Positions 7,010-10,440 of a stretch of 10,440 bases of DNA are shown here, piece by piece (positions within the stretch are counted from its first letter, which is position 1; each line of letters begins with the position of its first letter). Position numbers and translations under genes: made by a program. Under the pieces are notes generated by a model. It had not been told where the DNA came from. It saw nothing but the letters and a program-made list of their open reading frames with translations, and ran no database searches. This stretch comes from an uncultured Myxococcales bacterium (lineage in GTDB: Bacteria > Myxococcota > UBA4151). The DNA is taken from contig CAXGWI010000128.1 of assembly GCA_964013405.1 (NCBI GenBank), positions 1-10,440 on the forward strand, in the 5' to 3' direction.

Positions 7010-10000
7010 TTAGTCCGAAACCCCCAATGCAACAGGTCCCGTCGCTTCGCCGCTTCCGGGCTCATAGTAGCTGTCGATCGTCGAGGCCGGCGCATTGCCA
7101 TTCATGGGGTACCGGGCTCGCAGGCGGAAGCTCAGCGATTGTGGGGTCTGGGGAGGGAGTCCCATGAGGTAGAAGACGATTTTGCGAGGGTCTGCCTCCC
7201 AGCGTGCAGCCCGTCGCTCGGCCACCAGGGCGTCGAGATCTTCCGGCATGATATCGAAGCCAGGGGGACGGCCGATGCTCACGATCACTTGATCCATGGG
7301 GCCCTCGGCCAGGTTGGTCGCTGTTGCTCGCACCCGAGTCGTCTCCCCAGGGGCCAAGTCCGTTCGGTCGTAAGCCACGTCCAAACTCAGGGTTTGGTTC
7401 GGATTCGGGACGGGGCGCCGATCCCAGGGGCGATAGTGGGTCCCAACCACTTGGTACATCAGGCTGCCCTCACCACGGATCCCAACATTCACCACGTTTT
7501 CACCGGTCACCAAGTGCTCACTCAGATCGGTGGTGAGGTGGACATCACCGAAGTCCTCGTTGCGAAAGTCATAGCGCTGAACGGCCCGGCCATTGTGGGT
7601 GATGACGATCTCGGCATCGATGCTGCGAGTCGCTTCCATCGCCGCGGTCAGCAGGGCTCGAAGGCTGTTCACGGTGGCCTGGGTGGAGTACCAATTCCCG
7701 AAGGCATCTTTCGTGGCCGCGAGGAAGGCCAAACCTTCGGAGACGAGGCCACTACTGGTCCCGGCCTTGATGAAGGCGTAGACGACGAGGCCAGTCATCT
7801 CCACCTCGCCAGGCGTGCCACCTCCTCGCGCACCGGTCCACGAGCCCCCTTCGAAACTCCACTTCTTCTGCCCTTCTCCAGGGGTCTCTGCGGCCGTCGC
7901 CAGCTGGCTCAGCAAGCCCGGGAGGGCTGGGTCCGCAGGATCCCGGGCCAATAAGGCGTTGGCCATGAGGGCGATGGCGTAGCGGTCGCGGGAGGCCTCC
8001 TCAATGTTGGCGACCAGGAAATCTCTTCCCCGCCGCGTCGCGTCTGGAGCGCCACCATCTTTGGCAAGTCCCCATGTGATGAAGGCTGTCGAGCGATAGG
8101 GGCTCGTACCCAAGGCCTCGTTGCCTGAATGTAGGGCATCACCGGCGGCCCAAGAGCCATCACCGGCCTGTTGCTCGACGAGCCAAGTCCGGTGGCGGTC
8201 TGCGACTCGCTCATCGGTCTCGATGAGCCCATCAAGGGCTGCGAACTGCATGAGGGCAATGGCTGTAAGAATGCGGTTGCCAGGATCATTATTGCCCCAC
8301 CAGTTGTAGCCACCTGTTGGGCTTTCGAAGGTCAAAATACGTTGGTAGCCGGTGGCCAAAAGTTCCATGGCCCGGGCCCGGAGATCCGGATCGATCTCTC
8401 CCGTGGCTTCCAGGTATTGCAGGGCAAGGATGTTGGGCCACGCGGTGGATGTGGTCTGCTCGAAGCAGCCCGAGGGAACCCGTAGCATCGATTCCATCCC
8501 CTCCACCGCGTTGGTGGCGTAGCCAGGATAGAGTTTGATCATCAACTCGTTGGCGTCGGGCACTGCATCCACCGGGAAAAGGGTGGTGATGTTGTTGTCT
8601 GGACCCTCTGCCCGCCCACCGACGGTTTGTTCGACAGCATCGCCATTGGGCGCAATGCGGAGGCTTCGCTGGACTGCATCAGCCTCGTCGCCGGCCTGGC
8701 CCTGAATCGTGAGTTGGGCTGTCCCCACCGACGTCGCGGCGATGGTGTAGTAGACGCCCCGGACCTCACCGGCCCCTAAGCGGAGGGTCTGCCGGGCCTG
8801 GGAGCGTAACTCCAGGGGACCATCGATCTCCAGTTGAAGGTCAACCTCCTGGGCCTCTTCTAGGTAGTTGTAGACCACAACCGGTAGGCCGATTTCATCG
8901 CCGACCGTGAGCTGGGCCGGAAGGTCGATATCCACGAAGAAGGGTTGGAAGACCTCAAGTCCCTGGGCACTGGAGCCGAGGGCGCCCTGCGCGCTGTTGG
9001 CTTGGGCCCCGACGCGCCAGGTGGTGATGCTGTCGGCCAGGGGGATCTCCACTTCCGCCCGTCCCTGCTCATCAACGATGACGCTTGGAGCCGTAAACAG
9101 TGTCTCGGGGAACCAACTGCGAACTTGGATTCCCCCAGCCCCGCCAGGCTCGGCAACACCGGTGTCTTCTGGACCATTCGGGTCGGCACCTCCGCCGCCA
9201 CCGCCACCACCGGCTTGGGGAGGGCCGGCCCCTTCCTCATCTTCAAGAAAGCCTCTGGCGAGGGGGCGAATCCAACCGGAGACATCATCGAGGGTTTCAA
9301 AAACTTCGTCGGGACCGGCCGTCGTTAGTCGGATGTGCCAACCGTTGCCGGTATGGCGATAGGGTTGCCCGAAGGGGTCGCTTAATTGAGCGACGAGTCG
9401 GAGAGCCTCAGCCTCCAGTTGGTCCCAATCAAGCTCGCCGGAATTAAGTCGTTCCTGGAGATCGCGACCGATGCGCTCACCCTCCTTCTGGATGCGCAAT
9501 TGGAGCGCAACCCGGACTTCGTGAAGCGCCAGTCGTTCTGAGTCCAGTTGAACCAAAGCGAGGGGCCCTAAGGCGGCGGGAAAGGCCAGACGAGCGAGGG
9601 CCTCTCGCCGACCATCATCGGACTCGGAGAGGACCTCGCCAGGCCGCACCGGGCCGGTCGCTGCATCGGCATCTCCCGAAAGGTCGAAATGGGTCTCAAG
9701 GCGGCCGGGTGCGGCATCACCGAGGGCGAAGACAGCTTCGTCGACGGCCGTCAGACCGACGTTCGCCTGCACCGGCTGTCCTAGGTGGTCAGCCACTTGA
9801 ATCCGCAGGTTCGCCCGCTCACCGGGACGGTATTGGGCTTGGTCAAAGCGCAGGCCCACGTCCAGGGCGGCTAAGGCTTGCACATAAACCATGGCTTGCC
9901 CTGTCACGAGGGCCTCATCGCCCCGTCGAGCCATGGCGCTCAAGGTCAAGCCGCCATGAAAGCGCTCGTCGAGGGGAACCACCAGTTGGGCCTGCCCATC

Positions 10001-10440
10001 TTCGAGCCGCCCCTGGACGGTGGCGAGGGTGCTGCCAGCTTTGATCACGTCGAGGAAGACATCGCCCGATGCCTCCGGGACGATGGCCGTGACCTCGAGG
10101 GCCCCAGGCGCTCGCAGGACGTGGCGGTTGGGCCGGAGGAGAAAACGATCCTGGCTCGCCAGAGGGAGGGTGACATTTTGTTCGAAGGCCGGCGCACCGT
10201 CGGGCTCGACGGTCATCGTGATGCCCTGGCCTGCCGCCTCCTGGGGCAGATCGAAATGGCCCGAGCCCGTGGCATCGGTATTGATCCGCAGCCCAGAAAG
10301 GCCCGGCCCAGCGAGTGTGATCGGCAGGGCCAGCGGTGCGCCGCCCGGGTCACGGGCAAGCACTTGGATCCGATTGTTGGTGCCGGGAATGACGGCGCCA
10401 TTCTCCGGGACGAGGTGAACGAGGGCGGCGCCAGCCGCAA
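7010..10440 (-). CDS. Alpha-2-macroglobulin / thioester-containing protein (partial, 5' end outside window; more than 1140 aa)
   Basis: The frame is open beyond GTG 10363 to the window edge (AAGAALVHLVPENGAVIPGTNNRIQV...). Motifs: YRPGE, AVDEAVFAL, VRSWFPETL, DSITTW, VFQPFFVDIDLP, thioester GCFEQ (CFEQ at 8456-8467), GYQRIL, VEMTG, STQATV..L.AL, and a C-terminal receptor-binding/MG8 domain (PPGF...SYYEP). Confidence 0.95.
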   Translation of the reverse strand, partial: AAGAALVHLVPENGAVIPGTNNRIQVLARDPGGAPLALPITLAGPGLSGLRINTDATGSGHFDLPQEAAGQGITMTVEPDGAPAFEQNVTLPLASQDRFLLRPNRHVLRAPGALEVTAIVPEASGDVFLDVIKAGSTLATVQGRLEDGQAQLVVPLDERFHGGLTLSAMARRGDEALVTGQAMVYVQALAALDVGLRFDQAQYRPGERANLRIQVADHLGQPVQANVGLTAVDEAVFALGDAAPGRLETHFDLSGDADAATGPVRPGEVLSESDDGRREALARLAFPAALGPLALVQLDSERLALHEVRVALQLRIQKEGERIGRDLQERLNSGELDWDQLEAEALRLVAQLSDPFGQPYRHTGNGWHIRLTTAGPDEVFETLDDVSGWIRPLARGFLEDEEGAGPPQAGGGGGGGGADPNGPEDTGVAEPGGAGGIQVRSWFPETLFTAPSVIVDEQGRAEVEIPLADSITTWRVGAQANSAQGALGSSAQGLEVFQPFFVDIDLPAQLTVGDEIGLPVVVYNYLEEAQEVDLQLEIDGPLELRSQARQTLRLGAGEVRGVYYTIAATSVGTAQLTIQGQAGDEADAVQRSLRIAPNGDAVEQTVGGRAEGPDNNITTLFPVDAVPDANELMIKLYPGYATNAVEGMESMLRVPSGCFEQTTSTAWPNILALQYLEATGEIDPDLRARAMELLATGYQRILTFESPTGGYNWWGNNDPGNRILTAIALMQFAALDGLIETDERVADRHRTWLVEQQAGDGSWAAGDALHSGNEALGTSPYRSTAFITWGLAKDGGAPDATRRGRDFLVANIEEASRDRYAIALMANALLARDPADPALPGLLSQLATAAETPGEGQKKWSFEGGSWTGARGGGTPGEVEMTGLVVYAFIKAGTSSGLVSEGLAFLAATKDAFGNWYSTQATVNSLRALLTAAMEATRSIDAEIVITHNGRAVQRYDFRNEDFGDVHLTTDLSEHLVTGENVVNVGIRGEGSLMYQVVGTHYRPWDRRPVPNPNQTLSLDVAYDRTDLAPGETTRVRATATNLAEGPMDQVIVSIGRPPGFDIMPEDLDALVAERRAARWEADPRKIVFYLMGLPPQTPQSLSFRLRARYPMNGNAPASTIDSYYEPGSGEATGPVALGVSD

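Noticed and set aside
6848..7954. 368-aa plus-strand ORF
   Set aside because: Antisense shadow of the macroglobulin and AI-2E genes with no recognisable motifs; long shadow ORFs are expected in GC-rich DNA.
9188..9211. Trinucleotide microsatellite at the poly-Gly tract
   Set aside because: Codons are mixed (GGT/GGC/GGA), so it is not a pure slippage repeat.
10361..10363. GTG start for the macroglobulin
   Set aside because: The frame continues to the window end with MG-domain-like sequence and no signal peptide at this point.
1..10440. CRISPR array, tRNA/rRNA or IS element
   Set aside because: No spaced direct repeats, RNA-gene signatures, transposase motifs or terminal inverted repeats were seen; the window is almost entirely protein-coding.

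Overview
GC-rich bacterial window (inferred Myxococcota/deltaproteobacterial from the protein architectures) holding two convergent, tightly packed gene runs. Plus strand: the Pro-rich C-terminal tail of a gene entering from the left, dut (dUTPase), a membrane-anchored Hanks-type kinase-like/FGE-sulfatase-like fusion, an orphan periplasmic substrate-binding-like protein and a very basic exported protein. Minus strand: a large alpha-2-macroglobulin/thioester protein (5' end outside the window), an AI-2E family transporter and aroA. Two things stand out. (1) The thioester protein has animal TEP/complement-like motifs, an intact CFEQ thioester, a His 112 residues downstream at about the complement C3/C4B catalytic-His position, and a GspG pseudopilin-like module plus a Gly-rich linker at the bait/anaphylatoxin position. 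(2) The fusion protein appears to lack catalytic residues in both its kinase and FGE domains and is coupled to dut and an orphan binding protein, suggesting a non-catalytic transmembrane sensing module. No RNA genes, mobile elements or CRISPR arrays were seen. All family calls come from motif recognition by eye, not database searches.
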